Of a stretch of 64,000 nucleotides of DNA, positions 62,309 through 64,000 are shown piece after piece (positions within the stretch are counted from its first letter, which is position 1; every line of letters begins with the position of its first letter). The stretch is from positions 672,001-736,000 of the forward strand of contig CBDCXM010000009.1 in NCBI GenBank assembly GCA_965223855.1, written 5' to 3'. The stretch is from Candidatus Multivoradales bacterium (GTDB taxonomy: Bacteria; Acidobacteriota; Thermoanaerobaculia; Multivoradales; JAHEKO01). The notes beneath the pieces were generated by a model. It was given only the letters and a program-made list of their open reading frames with translations, had not been told where the DNA came from and did not search any database. The position numbers were made by a program, and so were the translations under genes.

Positions 62309-62516
62309 CTTGAACTCTCCCTTTCTTGGGCCTATCTCGAGGCTCACGCCCCAGTGGTCTCTTAACCGCTCAGGCACCGTAGCAAAGGAACCAGGCGAGG
62401 GCAAGTGACTTTTTCAACGGACGTCAGAGGTTAGCACAGGCTTCGAGGGGGTCGTTGGGCACCCTTCCGCCGCCGCGATAGGCTCTCCCGGTCCAGCGCG
62501 CCGTCAGGGCCTTCCG

Positions 62517-64000
62517 ATGCAGACTCCGCATTCCAAGCTCCTGTCCGCCGCGAAACCGGCTCGCGGCGCCGCAACGCCCGTCCGTCTCGCCGCCGCCGTG
62601 CTGTTCGGCCTGCTGAGCGCGGCCTGCGACGTCTCGGACGGCGTCCCGCCCTCCGAGAGGTTTCTAGCCGAGCGCATGGCCGCGGCTCCTCCCTCCTCCC
62701 GCGTCGCCAGAGAGGCGGTCCTCACGCCGGTGCCTCTGCTTTCGTGGAACTTCGGCGTCGAGGCCGATCGACGCCCCTGGAAGGTGATCGGAGACGACAG
62801 CGTCGAGGAGACCGCGGGGGGCTTTCTTATCGAGTCGCGGTCCGGCGAGGGCCAGGGGCGGGTCCGCTTCCACCTGCCGCTGACGGTGCCGGCGACCCGG
62901 ATCGACACGATCACCTTCGCCTTCACCGGCGAGCAGACGCCGATGATGCGCCTCGACTGGGCGCGTGCCGACGAGCCCTGCCGCCTCGGACAGCTTCGAA
63001 CCCGGCAGCAGCTCACCGAGCCCGGGGAGCCGGCCGTCGTCCGCTTTTTCGTCGCCGACGATCCGGACTGGGACGATCGCGTCGAGCGCATCTGCCTCGC
63101 GATCCTCTCGTACGCCGTGCCCGCCGAGCTGCAGCGGGCGGCGCTGATTCAGGAGCGCCACCGCCCCGGCGAGCACGCGGGCGACGTCTCTTTCGCCCGC
63201 GTCCAGGTCGCCGGCGAAACACGCCCCGGTTGGGTCGGCTCCACGGCGACGACCCCGTCCTGGGAGGTCGAGGTGCCCGCGACGGGCAGGCTCGAGTTCG
63301 GCTTCGGCACCACCGCCCACTCTGCCGGCTCGGTCGAGGTCCGGGTGCGGGACCGCTCCGGCGAGCAGGAGGTGTTCGATGCCGACGTCGGATCGGCCGA
63401 CGGCCTGGCCGCCAACCGGTGGCACGATCGAACCCTCGACCTCGGTCGCTGGGCCGGCGGTTCGGTCGAGCTGCTCTTCGCCACCAGCAGGCAACAGGAC
63501 GCCCGGGGCCTGCTGTTGTGGAGCGAGCCGAAGATCTGGGTCGAGGCCGAGCGGTCACGACCCGACCTGCCGAACCTGGTGGTGGTGTCGATCGACACCC
63601 TGCGCCCCGACCACCTGCCGTTCTACGGCTACCCGACCGACACCGCGCCGAATCTCACCCGGTGGGCGAACGGCGCGGTGGTGTTCGAGAACGCCGTCTC
63701 TTCCTCTCCCTGGACCCTTCCGGCACATCTGTCGATGTTCACCGGCCTCGACGCTTTGCGTCACGGAGTCAACCATCGCGCCTCCGTCCCGGCGAGCCTC
63801 GATCTGCTCGCTCCGCGGCTCCAGGCGCTCGGATACGAGACCCTCGCGGTGACCGGCGGAGGCTACATGCACGCCGATCTCGGTCTGGACCGCGGTTTCG
63901 ATCGCTACCGCTCCTGGGCCGACCGCAAGGACTCCGCCCGCGAGATCGACAGCACGGTGGCGACCGCGCTGCGCTGGCTCGAGGAGAAGCCCGACCGGCC
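62517..64000 (+). CDS. Sulfatase-like lipoprotein (truncated by window edge)
   Basis: Not in the ORF track. Manual translation gives lipobox SAAC; in-frame PNLVVVSIDTLRPDH at ~63570 and SSPWTLPAHLSMFTG; paralogous to 56028..58691. Confidence 0.85.
   Translation, partial: MQTPHSKLLSAAKPARGAATPVRLAAAVLFGLLSAACDVSDGVPPSERFLAERMAAAPPSSRVAREAVLTPVPLLSWNFGVEADRRPWKVIGDDSVEETAGGFLIESRSGEGQGRVRFHLPLTVPATRIDTITFAFTGEQTPMMRLDWARADEPCRLGQLRTRQQLTEPGEPAVVRFFVADDPDWDDRVERICLAILSYAVPAELQRAALIQERHRPGEHAGDVSFARVQVAGETRPGWVGSTATTPSWEVEVPATGRLEFGFGTTAHSAGSVEVRVRDRSGEQEVFDADVGSADGLAANRWHDRTLDLGRWAGGSVELLFATSRQQDARGLLLWSEPKIWVEAERSRPDLPNLVVVSIDTLRPDHLPFYGYPTDTAPNLTRWANGAVVFENAVSSSPWTLPAHLSMFTGLDALRHGVNHRASVPASLDLLAPRLQALGYETLAVTGGGYMHADLGLDRGFDRYRSWADRKDSAREIDSTVATALRWLEEKPDR

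Overview
High-GC bacterial chromosomal segment. Its gene content (GWxTD protein, DUF885, several lipoprotein sulfatase-like enzymes) suggests Acidobacteriota, perhaps Thermoanaerobaculia-like; this is inference. Mostly housekeeping genes: rpsU, Slt-type transglycosylase, yggS, hutI, mreBCD-mrdA-rodA-rng, PpiD/SurA, ruvA/ruvB, mutS2, dnaG-rpoD, nadE-nrtR and two tRNAs. Also present are a FIST(NosP)-PAS/GGDEF pair, a DUF6922/AbiEii-like pair, an NtrC-type regulator/HAMP kinase/lipoprotein trio, and a GT2/GT-C/sulfatase-like surface-modification cluster. The most notable unexplained signals are non-coding. (1) A dispersed ~110-nt conserved core (3 full, 2 partial copies), each full copy enclosed by a long stem whose sequence differs between copies, i.e. 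a candidate structured RNA or repeat family. (2) Two convergent canonical sigma54 promoters, each with the same GGGA-N5-TCCC palindrome about 120 nt upstream of the predicted start; one drives a small secreted protein and the other has no credible ORF downstream (candidate sRNA), next to a QseEGF-like trio. (3) A 197-bp palindromic MITE-like element, an NrtR box, a probable CTG start codon and leaderless-gene signatures. All assignments come from reading motifs by eye; no searches were run.
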